Origin: Cenococcum geophilum | Taxonomy: Eukaryota | DNA length: 64,000 nt | NCBI GenBank assembly: GCA_050273025.1 | Contig: CP158636.1 | Span: forward strand, 9,052,001-9,116,000 | Direction: 5' to 3' | In this document: positions 24,422-37,870 of the stretch, one piece after another | Numbering within the stretch: the first letter of the stretch is position 1 | How the letters are laid out: each line of letters begins with the position of its first letter | Made by a program: the position numbers and the translations under genes | The notes under the pieces: generated by a model | The model's input: only the letters and a program-made list of their open reading frames with translations | Told to the model about the DNA's origin: nothing | Databases searched by the model: none

Positions 24422-27400
24422 TATAACGGAGCCTTGTAGCAGGAACTACGGTGGACTCGTTAATAGGCTGGGTATATAGGTATTATAAGTAAGTTAACAA
24501 CGTAATAATAACTGGTGGAGTGGTTACCTAATAGATTAACTCTAATTGTATTCTAAGAATTACTATAAGGAAGGAACTATCTAGGTAGGGACTAAGGGTC
24601 CTTAAATATATAACCGTACTCCTAGGAAAGTCGTTACTCTATCTACTCTATCTGCTCTATTCGCTTTATTATAGATCTTATAGATTATATAGATTACACG
24701 GATTATATTACGTAACTCTACTTACTATTCCTTATTATATAGTTCCACGGATTCCATCTTAGACCGTGCTTATATTAACTAACTAGCTTCCTCTAACTCC
24801 TCTCTAAGTAGTTATAACATTGTACTTAAAGCGTTTATAACACTATCTCCCTTCTCTTTATCTTTATCCTTAAAGATACCTAGCATCTCTAAGTTATTTA
24901 CTAGAGGTATAATATCCGTCTAATTAATTTAGTTAATATTATTACTTATAATGCCTAAAGCACCTTCTTCTTCTTTAACTCTTTATTATACGCGTATAGT
25001 CTCTTCCATTCTATCGCTTAGTAAAGTAATATTATCTCTATATTCTTATTATACGAAAGAGGGGTTAGTTTACGTTATATTAGCGAGTCCTTTATCTTGG
25101 CAGCCCTCTTTTTATATAAAGTGTACTAAAGCAAACGTTTAATTGTCCTGCGATATTTGCTTAATTTCTAACGCTAAGTATACGCGTTTTATAACTCTTA
25201 ATAGTCTCTAAGTTCCCTAAGTAATTTATTATAGGGTTTTGTGTTTAATCTACCGCTATAAAGCTTAATAGTAAGCTATCCTTAGCGTTACTTACGGTCT
25301 AATATGCCTTAGAAGAATCCGTATGTGTCCTTAAAGCTTAGCGTCTAGCTTACGCCCGTCTTTAGTGTTTAGAACGTGTCCGTAAGAAGGTTTATTTAAA
25401 GGAGTAGAAACTTATTTAATAAGGTTTATAGAAACTTAGTAATAAAAGAACGGATTCTCTTCCAATAGAGAAGGAAATAACTCTAAGTAGTTTGGCAGTC
25501 GCTCTTCCTAAGTCCCCCTTAGGTAACTCGTTCTTTAGCAATTTCTCTTTATTAATATTACCTAACCTTTTCTCTTTTAATACTCCTATACCTTTCCTAT
25601 AGCGTTTTTTAGGTTCTCTAGTAGTTTCTAAGTAGTCTTATTATAGCCTATCTACTTTACTTTATACTATATTTTATTATCTACGTCCTTATAACTAATA
25701 ATCTTTAAAACTTACTATTTGTCTTTCTCTTATCCTCTATATATGTCTGCTTTATAAACCAATAGCTTAATATTCCTGTGTGTTAGCTCTAGTATTGTAA
25801 TATACTATATAGGGTAGATCTTTATCCTAGCTAGTAGGTTTAACTTAAATATAACTAATAAAAATTTTTATATAATTTTAAAAGGTCCTAGTCTAATATA
25901 GTCTAACTTCTTACTTAGTTATTAACTCTTAAAATTTTTATATAGTAGCCATACTTTATCTCCCTCCTTAAGATCTGGTCCCTTAGATCTCTTAGCATTA
26001 TAGTACTTTTTTATCCTTTACTATACTACCTTAGCTATTTTCGTAAGGTCTATATAAAGATTTATTAAACTCTTTATCTTTTACTTAGCTATACTACTTA
26101 TCTTCTTTACTTAATATAGTAATAATAAGGTTCTTAGCTTATATCCGTAATTTGCCTTAAATAGTAATATGCCTATTTCTTCTTATAGTATTATATTATA
26201 TACAAATTATATAACTAGTAATAGCAATACCTAATTATTCTGCGTATAATTAATATAATGCCTTAGATATTATTCTAGTATCTAATTTAATCTTTTTATT
26301 TGGCTATCTATTTGTAGATAATATACGGTAGAAGTTACTGCTTAAACTCCTTACTCTACTAAGAATATTTCCTAAAATGCTACTATAAATCTTAGATCTC
26401 TATCTAATATAATCTTGCTTAGTGCTCTATATTTTATAAATACTTCTTTAATATAGATTCTAGCAATATTTTCCGCTAATATTTCTTCTAAATATGCTAT
26501 AAAGTATCCCTACTTTATAAGCTTATCTACTATTACTAGAATTATATTATAATCTTACCCAATAATAGGATTTCTTAATTTTAGTAACTTAATAATAAAG
26601 TCCTATAATATGACCTCCTATAGTCTCTCTAGTATTTTAATAGGTTATAGCTCTCTATATAGCTTATACCTTATTAGTTTATTCCTTTAGCAATCTAGAT
26701 ATTCTTTTATAACTTATCTAGCTAGACCCTAAATTCTATTAATAATATACTCTTCTTAAAGTCTTAATACTAAGCCTATAGCTCCGTTATGTCCTTAAGT
26801 TAGTCCTTTATAAAATAACTTAATAAACTCCTTTATAATAGATCTTGGTATATATATTACTTTTTAATTTTTATACTGCTCTAAGTCTAAATCCTCTATT
26901 TATATATCTAGGATCTTTTATATCTAATTACTTTCCAGTAATTTATAGGTCTTTTCTTTTTATATTACTGCGATTTTTAGATAATTATACCTAATTAATC
27001 TATCTATATCCTTTCGCAATAAAGCCCCTAATAGCTTTTTATTGTTTTATAATTTAGCCTTTCTGCTTAAAGCGTTTACTCGTGCATTCTCTATTCCCTT
27101 AGTATGCTAAATTTTGAAATAGTATTCTGTAAGCATCTCCGCCTATCTAACCTATCTATAATTAAGTTCTTTTGTTATTAGGAACCCTATTAGGTTCTTA
27201 TAATCCGTCTTAACTATAAATAGTTTTTCTATACCTTATAAGAATAATCTCCATTTTTTTAGTACTGCAACTATACCTAATAACTCTTTATTATAGATGT
27301 TATAGTTTAGTTCTAGTAGTATTATCTTTTAACTATAGTATGCTATTAGGTGCTATCTATTTATATATTTTTATAGAAAGCACGCTCTTAGTGTATAGTC

Positions 27401-30400
27401 TAATATATCCGTTTTAACTACTGTCTCTAACTATAGTTAATAGATTTTAAGAACTGGCTCCTAGGTAAACAACTATTTAACTTTTTTAAATAGTTCCTTT
27501 TATTCCTCTCCCTATACCTATAGTTCTTCCTTCTTTATTAATTTTATAAGTAGCTTAATATCCTTTAACTATTAAGCTATAAACCTTCTATAGTAGTTGC
27601 AGAATCCTAAAAATAACCTTAACTATATTATATTTTCTAGTTCTTGCTAATTTACTATAGCCTTAATCTTCTTTAGATCTATACTAAGTTGGCCTAATTT
27701 AATAATAAATCTAATAAAATCTATCTTTCTAGTAAAGAATTTGCATTTCTTAATTGCTACTAGCATCTATTCTTCCTGTAGTCTCTTTAAAACCCATTAA
27801 ATATATTCTCTATATTCTTCCTTACTTATTAAGTAGATAATAATATTATTAAGGTATGCTATAACAAATTTATTTAAGTATTTTCTTAATATATTGTTAA
27901 TTTGCTTCTAAAACGTTACTAGTATATTTATAAGCCCGAATTATATAACTAGTAGTTTATATAGTCCTTCCTTTAACCTAAAGGCTGCCTTCTATTTATT
28001 ACCTTCCTTAATTCTAATCTAATAGTACGCCTATCTTAGATCTATCTTTATAAAGATTTACGCGTTACTAATTCTATCTTAGATTTCGCTAATTAAGGGT
28101 AAAGGATACCTATTCTTCCTAGTAATACTATTTAACTATCTATAGTTAATATATAGTTTAAGTTTTTTATTCTTCTTTAGTATGAATAGTACTAAATATC
28201 CTACTAATAACTGCGATAGTCTAATATATCCTTTTTAAAGATTTTCCTAGATAAACTCCTTAAGTGCCTATAACTCTTTTTCTATTAACTTATAAGTTAG
28301 GTAGAACCTTAAACTTATTCCTAGTTCTAGCTCTATTTTATAGTCCTATACTATATAATTTAACAGCTTTTTGCTTTCTAGTAACTATAGCTTCTTACTA
28401 TACTTATAATATCTCTTTAGTATATAGCTTAATCCTTAATTAGTCTTTTTATATATTACTCTAACTTAGTACTATACTAACTTAGTTTATTATTATATCT
28501 TATATTATTATATATCTCTAATATTAACCTAACCTATAACCTAATTAATCTTTAGATTATATTTCTATAACTAAGGCATTTCTAATACTGCCTTATTATT
28601 CCCTAATAGTAATATATTAAAAGACATCTTAACCTATCTCCCTTTAATAGTTATCTAAATTAGTCCTATTTTAAGATTAATAATACCTCCTCTATAGGCT
28701 ATTAAATCTCCTAAAATTATTACTAATAGATAAGGGTGCTCTTTTTGTCTATATAGTAGCCCTATCCTTTTAACTACTGCTAATAAGATATAGTTTTATA
28801 TCGCTCTACTATCTACTAACGCTTTAAACTATTAATCTTACTAATTAATTCTTAGGTTTAGGTGTTATCCTTAAATTTCTTTAAGGGTCTAAGGCTTTAC
28901 TACTGGCTCCCTCTAGTCCTATAGGCCTTTACTTTTCCTAACTATTAGCTACTTAATCTTATTATACTTAGTTTATTCTTTAGCTAATACCTAGTTCGCT
29001 TTTTATCTTTAATATACTATAGATAGGTATTCTCTAGATATTTCCACTATTATTATCTATCTAAGCATTCTTCCGTACAAAATCTTCCTAGTTAAAGTAT
29101 TAAATTTCCTTCCTTTTAGACTTCTGCTAAATACTAGCTGTGTATATACTTAGCATTCCTATACTATTATTCCTCTATTATCTAGTATATCCTTATAGGA
29201 TATTTCCGGTTCTTTTCCTTTGGATTTTTATATATTTTGTATATATTGTCTACGCATATAATCCATAATAGCGTATAGTATGCTAGGTGCTTTAGGTTAA
29301 CTCTTAACTTATCTTTATCTTTAAGTTTAAACCTTTATCGCACTAATCTAAACGTTATAACTTTATTTATAGGTACTAAGACGCGCCTCTTACTTCTTTA
29401 GTCCTCTAATTATTCCTTTAGATCCTTTAATATTATAATTAAGGCTCCCTTAATATAATTTATTACTTTTTCCGTAATTAGGTAGTTTTAGATAACTTTT
29501 TTGTCTAACCATATATAGAAATCTTCCTACTTATCATTATATCGTTGCCTATACCACTTTTAGTACAGCTGCTAGAGTATATACGGTTTATCCATAAAGA
29601 AGTATCTTCTTATTACTATGTTATAACAGCCTTTTATATATCGTTCTTTAAATCTAGTAAGAATCCCTAGATCCTCTTTATTTTCTAATTTAGTAAGCCA
29701 CTTAGCTTTTAGTGTGCCCGTTCTTAGCCTATTAGTAATTCTTTATATAGGTACTCTGTCCCTTATACGACCTAGTATACTAAATCTTATATCTAGTTTC
29801 TTTTCTTACTATGTAATAATTCTTGCTTTAAACTCGTCTATAGTCTCTTATTATTTATATTTTATAATTAGATCCTTAAAGTTCTCTTACTTCTTAATCG
29901 CTATATTAACTTTTTAATTTTTAGGTTAAACACTATATTTATCTAGTAAGTCTTCTAGGTCTATATATCTGTCTCCTAATCTAACTGCTGTTTATACTAT
30001 AGATTCTCTAATTTATAGCGAAGTCTCTTACTTCTTTCTTATAGGTGTCCTTATTCGTACTCTAAATTCTTAATCTTTTAGATTCTTTAACCCTAAGCTT
30101 ACTTCTTTCTTAAGCTACGCCCTAGCCTTAGTCTAACTAGGCTTTACTAGTGTCCTTATCTTATTTTAAAAGTCCTAAATCTCACTTATCTTGTCTTAAA
30201 AGTCTTATACCTTTAGGAAACTTCGTCCTAAGCTTATTTACATATTATTAAACTAAGCTATTGCTCTATCCTATTAGTTTTTATCTATTATAGGTCCTTA
30301 AGCGTGCCTTATCTTATCTTAAGAATCTTAGTTATCTCTTATCTTATTTTAAGAATCTTAAGCCTTTGGCCTTTTACCTTTATTAAGTAGTAAGCTAGTA

Positions 30401-32429
30401 CTAACAGTTATTTACTTACTTAATTGTCTCTAAATATTACTTCTTCCGTCTTATAAAGTAATAGATGCCGTATCTAACGGTGTTATAATACCCATTACTA
30501 AACCTTACTCTATAGCGGTCTTAGTTTCTACTTCTATTACGTTATTAAGGTTTAGATATCCCTAGTTAGTTCCTTTACTATCCTTATCGCTATTAATTAA
30601 TAAGTACTCTAACTCTATTATTATTATTTCTAATTATTATCCGTATGTTACTATAATATCTTAATCTAGCTTATAGAGTTAATCTTATTCTTTATCTAAC
30701 TCTTTAGTTCCTTTAAGTCCTTTTAACTATAGCTCTTATAGCTAATAGCTTATATTATATTTAGCGTCTTTATAAATTTGGTATATGTTATTATAACAAA
30801 ACGCAAAACTTCTAATTAAATATTCTTTTGTTCCTTATAGTATACTATTATCCCTTTATATGTTTATATTATATACTACTAGTCTAGTTCCCTTTATTAT
30901 ATAATAACTTTAACTACTTCTATAGTCTCTAGTAAAATAACCCTATTTTCTATAATTTATATAAGCTCCCTTTTTAAACCATTACTTTTATTATAGAGTC
31001 CGCTTAAACGTCTTCTATTACTAAGATCCTTAGTTTAGCCTATATTCCTTAGTCCTATAATTACTTAATTCTTAACCTCTAGGTTTTTATAGTTTTTTAC
31101 TCCATCTCTTATAGGTTTCTTTAGTACTACTTAGGTTTATTAGCTTTGCGCTATACTATATTTTCTAATTTAGCTTAAGTTATTATATACTCTATATTTT
31201 ATATAACTATAGAACTCTATTCTAGCCTTTCTTAGCCTATTTCCTTTAGTAGATCCTATTATTAATCTTTATTACTTAATCTATTAATTTCCTTAGGGTG
31301 TCCGCATCTTCTATTAGAATAATTACGTCCTAGACTTTAGCCTTAAGTCCCTATTTATACTATACTATAAGCGCCTTATTATTCCACTTAACTTATATTA
31401 CTAGCGTTTAGAACTACGTAGTATACTTAATTGCTAAGGTTTATTACGTAATATTTTAGAGTTTTCTTTCCGCTATAGTTATTACCTCTAGATCTCTAAA
31501 TATTTATATAAGTCGCTCTATAAACCCTCCCTAACTTAAGAATATAAACCATACCTCTTAGTTTGTTATTATTATTTTATTTACTTATATCTCTATAAGA
31601 TAAGGCTTAAACTATTTAAGTGCTCTTCTTAATAAGAACAATCCTACGTATACTATTTAATCTATAGTTATTACTAGTTTTATTCCCTCTTACGCAACCT
31701 TAAAGTATATTTATATAAGAAATCCTTTAAGCTTTAATCTTTCCCCTAAGAATCTTTTAATTAATAGTAACTTAACCTTTACTACTCCTATTCTATTAAT
31801 CCTATTTTTAAGTACTACGTTATCTCCTATTAACTAGTTAACTATTACTTATAATTATCCTACTGTTATAGGTTGTTATAAATCAGTATCTGCTATACTA
31901 GTGTCGTTACTTAATCCTAACATAGTTACCGCCGTTAATAGCGTTATAGTAGCTGCTTTTGGTAGCATATTATTTAACTTATTAAAACTATAACTGTAGT
32001 AGTGATTATATAACGAAGCCTTATAGTAGGAACTACGGTAAACTTATTAATAGGCTAGGTATATAGGTATTGTAAGTAAGTTAATAACGTAATAATAACT
32101 AGTAAAGTGGTTGCCTAACAGATTAACTCTAATTATATTCTAAGAATTACTATAAGGAAGGAACTATCTAAGTAGGGACTAAGGGTCCTTAAATACACAA
32201 CCGTACTCCTAGGGAAGTCGTTACTCTATCTGCTCTATCTGCTCTATTTACTCTATTATAGATCTCGCAGATTATATAGATTATATGGATTACATCACGT
32301 AACTCTACTTACTATTCCTTGTTATATGGTTCCACGGATTTTATCCTAAACCGTGCTTATATTAACTAACTGGCTTCCTTTAACTCCTCTCTAAGTAGTT
32401 ATAACATTGTACTTAAAGCGTTCGTAACA
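24422..32429 (-). mobile_element. Complete family B Ty3/gypsy element B1 (8008 bp), inserted in the 3' region of C
   Basis: 421-bp LTRs at 24422-24842 and 32009-32429; TSD GCGAC on both sides; the uninterrupted target is visible at ~56790-56810. RT AYLNNI ~27850. Confidence 0.95.
24951..25602 (+). pseudogene. Antisense Zn2Cys6-like accessory ORF of B1 (RIP-degraded, one intron ~25180-25234)
   Basis: Retains the ATG: MPKAPSSSLTLYYTRIVSSILSLSKVILSLYSYYTKEGLVYVILASPLSWQPSFYIKCTKANV*LSCD. Several Tyr (TAT) codons align with Cys (TGT/TGC) in sister copies. Confidence 0.7.
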
Positions 32430-35400
32430 GCGACCTTAGCATAACTTTTCCTTATCTTATGCCCAGTCTAGAAGTCCTAGCTTCTTAGGGTATTGCTTAT
32501 AAAAGCGCTATATAGCTTATTTATAACCCTTTAGGTCTTCCTCTAGCTGCTAGGTTATATCCTTATAATATTTCTATTTAATCTTATAAGTTAGGCCCTA
32601 GGGGTCTTCGTTATATATATTAAGGATTTTCTTAAACCCCTATTTATCTTCTATATTACCGTTATTATCTCTCTCTACTACTCGTCCTTATATATTATAG
32701 CGCTCTATAGTATTAATATTTGCTTAGCTAGGGATCTCTTTAGTAGCTTAAAGGCGGACCTTAGATATATAAAAGGATTTATTTACTTAAATATAGTTTA
32801 GAAGGTCTACTATAACTGCCCCTTAGTATACTGCGAGTACGGGGTATAAGCCGTCCCATTTATTGTCCCATTTCTTCTTAGGTCTGTTTATTTTTATATT
32901 TTCTAAGCTAACTATAACTATATTACCTTTATAGAATAACGCGCTCTTATCCCTATAGGTATTAGTATTATCTTTATAGCGTTACTATAAAATCTAGGCT
33001 AGGGCCTTAAGCTATATTAATATCCGCTTAAAGTGGTTGGCTATAAAGTCTGCGTAGAAGAACTCCTTTTTTACTTATACTAATAGTGTTAGTAGGCGGG
33101 AGCTAGTAGGCTTAATTCCGAGGTAAGGGTTAAAGCTATAGTTTATAAAAAATGGGGAGATACCTATACTCTTATTAACTTGGTTATTTATAGCAAACTT
33201 AGTAAGCGGTAGGTAGTTAACCTAGTTATCCTATATAAAGCTAATAAAAGTATAAAAGTATTTATTTACGGCAGCGTTAATAATTTTAGTTTAGCCGTCC
33301 ATTTCTAAATATTAGGCTAAGCTTAGTTACAAGGTTATCTTAAGGCGTTTACTTAGTTATTGCTAGAAGTTGCTAATAAATTATATACTACAATTAGAGA
33401 TAATTATACTTAGTGCGCCGTGGAGCTTATATATATTATTAACAAAGCTATTAACTAGCTCCTTTATTAAGAGTCCTATTACTAAAACGCGGTGTTATAT
33501 TTTAGTTAGGCGGTCTATAGTAGTGAGGATATATTTATATATTTTACTATAGCGTTAGTATACCGGCAGCGTTATAATATAGTTAATTAAGATATTAGTT
33601 TATAGGTAAGCAGGTAATTTTAATAGCTTTAGAAAACATAGCGGGGTAGAATAGGGGGTCTTAGTGTAAAAGTATAGGGTATAGTCTTTAATAAAGGTAG
33701 CCGTGAACTAGGAAATTCCCAGCTACTAGTATATTCGGTTTAAAAGGTTAAGAGTCTTAACCTAGCCGGGGTAATTAGCGGGGCCGCTGCTATAAGAGTA
33801 ATAGGTAACTTTTAGGTAGAGGTCTAGGGCGTTAGGGACAAAGAGATATTAGCGGAAGTAGATCTGTCCATTAATAATACTATATTTTAACTTATTATAA
33901 TAAAGTAATTTCCTAATCTTCTTTAGCTAATAGCAAGCTTTCTAATTACATAGGGCTGCTACTATATCTTTTACAAGTTTGTTCTCCTAGTATTCTAGCT
34001 AAATTAACTTATTTAATAACTTTTTAGCTATTTTAGGGTCTAGAGCGGCTATAAACTCCGCGTTATTAAAGTTACGGGGCTTATATAGTAATTCTTCTAA
34101 GATTATAGGGTTAACTTTTTAGGGCGGTATAATAACTTAGGCTTAATGGCGGAGGCGTTTATTATTAATATCCTTAGGCCTTATTCCTAGTAGCCAGCTT
34201 AGGGTATTAGGGAGCATGGCTTTGCTACTAGGTCTATATATAATTATAAAGTTAAACTATAAAAGGAACTCTGCTTACTAGACTTAGCGCTAGTTTAGCT
34301 ACTTAGTAGTTATAAACGTCTATAGGTTCTTATAGTTGGTAATAATTTTAAACAGCTCCTTAGTCCCTTATAGCTTAGGACGCTATTCCTTTAAAGCATT
34401 AATAATAGCTAAGAATTCTTTATTATAGATCTTGTAGTTATACTTTAGCGTAGAGTGCTTTATAAAGAAGAATGCGACTAGTCTTAATTTTCCATTATTA
34501 TTATACTGGGAAAGGACTCTGCTAGAAGCCTAATTTAATATATCTGTCTCTACCACTGTTTTCTTTATATAGTTATAGTATGCTAGTACTAGTGCTAAAG
34601 TAAAGGCTCCCTTAAGGGCCTTAAATAATTTAGCTTATTTTAGTCCCTATAGCCATCTAATATCCTTCTTTAGGAGTTTTGTTATAGGTGTAGTAATAGC
34701 AGAGTAGCCTTAGATAAATTGTTAGTAGAAGTTCGCAAAGCTAAGAAATTATTATAGTTCTTTAATTAATGTCGGGTCCTTTTATTCCTATTAGGCCTAT
34801 ACCTTCTTAAGGTCTATAGTTATACTATTAGTTAAGATAATTAAGCTAAGGTATTTTATTTTAGTAGAGTAGAACTTAGACTTATTAATATTAATCTAAA
34901 GTCCAGCATTACCGAGCCTTTAGATGACTTTATTTATATACTTAGTATACTTAGCGCGTGTTTTAGAAAAAATAAAGACGTTATTAAGGTAGGCAGTGTA
35001 GTAGTTATTAAGGGCGTTATATAGAATATAGTTAATATAGTTTTAGAATATAGCGGGTATATTATAGAGGCTAAATAGTATAATTAGCATCTTATAGAGT
35101 CTGAACTGGGTAATAAATACTATAAGCTACTTATAGCCCTCCGTAATCCGGATCTAGTTAAACGCAGCAATTATATTAAGTTTAGTAAAGTACTTAGCAC
35201 CATAAAGTGCGTTAAGTATCTCGCGGATTAGTAGCAGTAGGTATTAATTTTTAATAGTGACTGTGTTTAGGTCTTAGTAGTTATAGTAAATTTATATACT
35301 ACCGCCGGGCTTAGCAGCGAGGAGGAGTAGTGTAGTAGCTAGTGAGGTTAATTTGTAGATAAAACCCTTATTTAGCATCTTATTAATCCACTTTTTTATA

Positions 35401-37659
35401 TACCTAAGTTTAGTAGGTAAAAGTGGTCTATTGTTATAGTACGGGGCCTAGTTTCCAAGGGTAATCTTAATTTTATGGTCCTATGGTCGGTAAGGGGGCA
35501 GCTTATCTATATTTTTAGGGAGGAAATACTTAATATATTTACTAAACTCCTTTAGTAGGCGTTATAGAATATCTTTACGGGTTAATCCTAGTTTGTTACG
35601 AACGCTTTAAGTATAATATTACGACTACTTGGAGAGGAGTTGGAAGAAGCTAGTTAGTTAATATAGGCACGGTCTAGGATGGAACCCGTGGAACTATATA
35701 ACGAGAAATAGTAGCTAAGGTTATATAACATGCTACGTATTAAACGCGAGGAATAAGAGGAACTTATATACCTTACGTATAATACGTATATTATATATAA
35801 GGAGGATTTTATAGAAGTACGGTTGTGTATTTAAGGACCCTTAATCCCTACCTAGATAGTTCCTTCCTTATAGTAATTCTTAGAATATAATTAGAGTTAA
35901 TCTGTTAGGCAACTACTCTACTAGTTATTATTACGTTGTTAACTTACTTGCAATACCTATATACCTAGCCTATTAATAAGTCTACCGTAGTTCCTGCTAT
36001 AAGGCTCCGTTATATAATTACTACTATAGTTATAGTTTTAATAAGTTAAATAATATGCCACTAAAAGTAGCTACTATAACACTATTAACGGCGGCAACTA
36101 CTTTAAGATTAGGTAACGACACTAGTATAGTAAACACTAACTTATAATAACCTATAACAGTAGGACAGTTATAAGAGATAGTTAACTAACTAACGGAAAA
36201 TAATGTAATACTTAAAAATAGGATTAATGGGATAGAAGCAGTAAAGATTAAGCTACTATTAATTAAAAGATTCTTAGGAGAAAGTTTAAAGTTTAAAGGA
36301 TTTCTTATATAAATACACTTTAAGGTTTTATAAGAAGGAGCTAAGCTACTAATACCTATGGATTAGGTAGCGTATATAGGATTAATCTTATTAAAAAGGG
36401 CACTTAAATAGTTTAAGCCTTACCTTATAGAGATATAAGTAAATAGAATAACGACTATAAACTAAAAGGTATGGTTTATATTTTTAAGCTAGGGTAGATT
36501 TATAGAGCAACTTACGTAAATATTTAAAGATCTAGAGGTAATAACTATAGCGGAAAGAAAACTCTAAGACATTATAAAATGAACTTTAGTAATTAAGTAT
36601 ATAACGTAGTTCTAAACACTAGTAATATAAGTTAAGTAGAATAATAAGGCGCTTATGGTATAGTATAAATAGGGACTTAAGGCTAAAGTCTAGGATATAA
36701 TTATTCTAATAGAAGATACGGACACCCTAAGGGAACTAATAGATTAAGCGATAAAGATTAATAATAGAATCTACTAAAGGGAATAGGCTAAGAAGGGCTA
36801 GAATAGAATTTTATAGTTATATAAGATATAGAGCATATAATAACCTAAGCTAAATTAGAAAATATAGTATAGCGTAGAATTAATAGACCTAAGTAGTACT
36901 AAAGAAACCTATAAGAGATAGAGTAAGAAACTATAAAAACCTAAAGGTTAAGAATTAAGTGATTATAGGACTAGGGAGTATAGGCTAAACTAAGGATCTT
37001 AGTAGTAGAAGATGTTTAAGCGGACTCTATAATAAAAGCAATGGTTTAAAGATAGAGCTTATATAAATTATAAAAAATAGGGTTATTTTACTAGAGACTA
37101 TAGAAATAGTTAGAGTTATTACATAGTAAAGGGAACTAGACTAGTAGTATATAATATATACGTATAGAGGGATAATAGTGTGCTATAAGGAATAAAAGAA
37201 TGTTTAATTAGAAGTTTTACGTTTTATTATAATAACGTATACTAAATTTATAAAGACGCTAAGTACGGTATAAGCTATTAGCCATAAGAGCTAAAGTTAA
37301 GAGGACTTAAAGAAACTAAAGAGTTAGATAAAGAATAAGATTAACTCTATAAGCTGGATTAAGATATTATAGTAACGTGTAGATAAAGATTAGTAATAAT
37401 AATAATAAAGTTGGAGTACTTATTAATTAATAGTAATAAGGATAGTAAAGGAACTAACTAGGGGTATCTAAACCTTAATAACGTAATAGAGGTAGAGACT
37501 AAGACCGCTATAGAGTAAGGTTTAGTAACGGGTATTATAATACTATTAAATACGGCATCTATTGCTTTATAAGACGGAAGGAGTAATATCTAAAGACAAT
37601 TAAGTAAGTAAATGACTGCTAGTGCTAGCTTACTACTTAATAAAGGTAAAAGGCTAAAG

Positions 37660-37870
37660 GCTTAAGATTCTTAAGACGAGATAAGAGATAACTAAGATTT
37701 TTAAGATAAGATAAGGTATGCTTAAGGACCTATAACGGACGAAAACCGATAGGATAGAGTAATAGCTTAGTTTAGTAATATATAAATAAGCTTAGGATAA
37801 AGTTTCTTAAAGGTATAAGACTTTTAAGATAAGATAAGTAAGATCTAGGACTCTTAAGATGAGATAAGGA
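37660..37870 (+). repeat. Imperfect tandem repeats (GATTCTTAAGACGAGATAAG core, DSQDEI-like peptide) in the family B gag extension; also at ~43370-43580 and inverted at ~30130-30370
   Basis: Four copies of the core per element, seen directly. Confidence 0.7.

Noticed and set aside
37660..37870. Spaced repeats superficially like a CRISPR array
   Set aside because: Eukaryotic context, irregular spacing, and they are in-frame peptide repeats inside retrotransposon gag.
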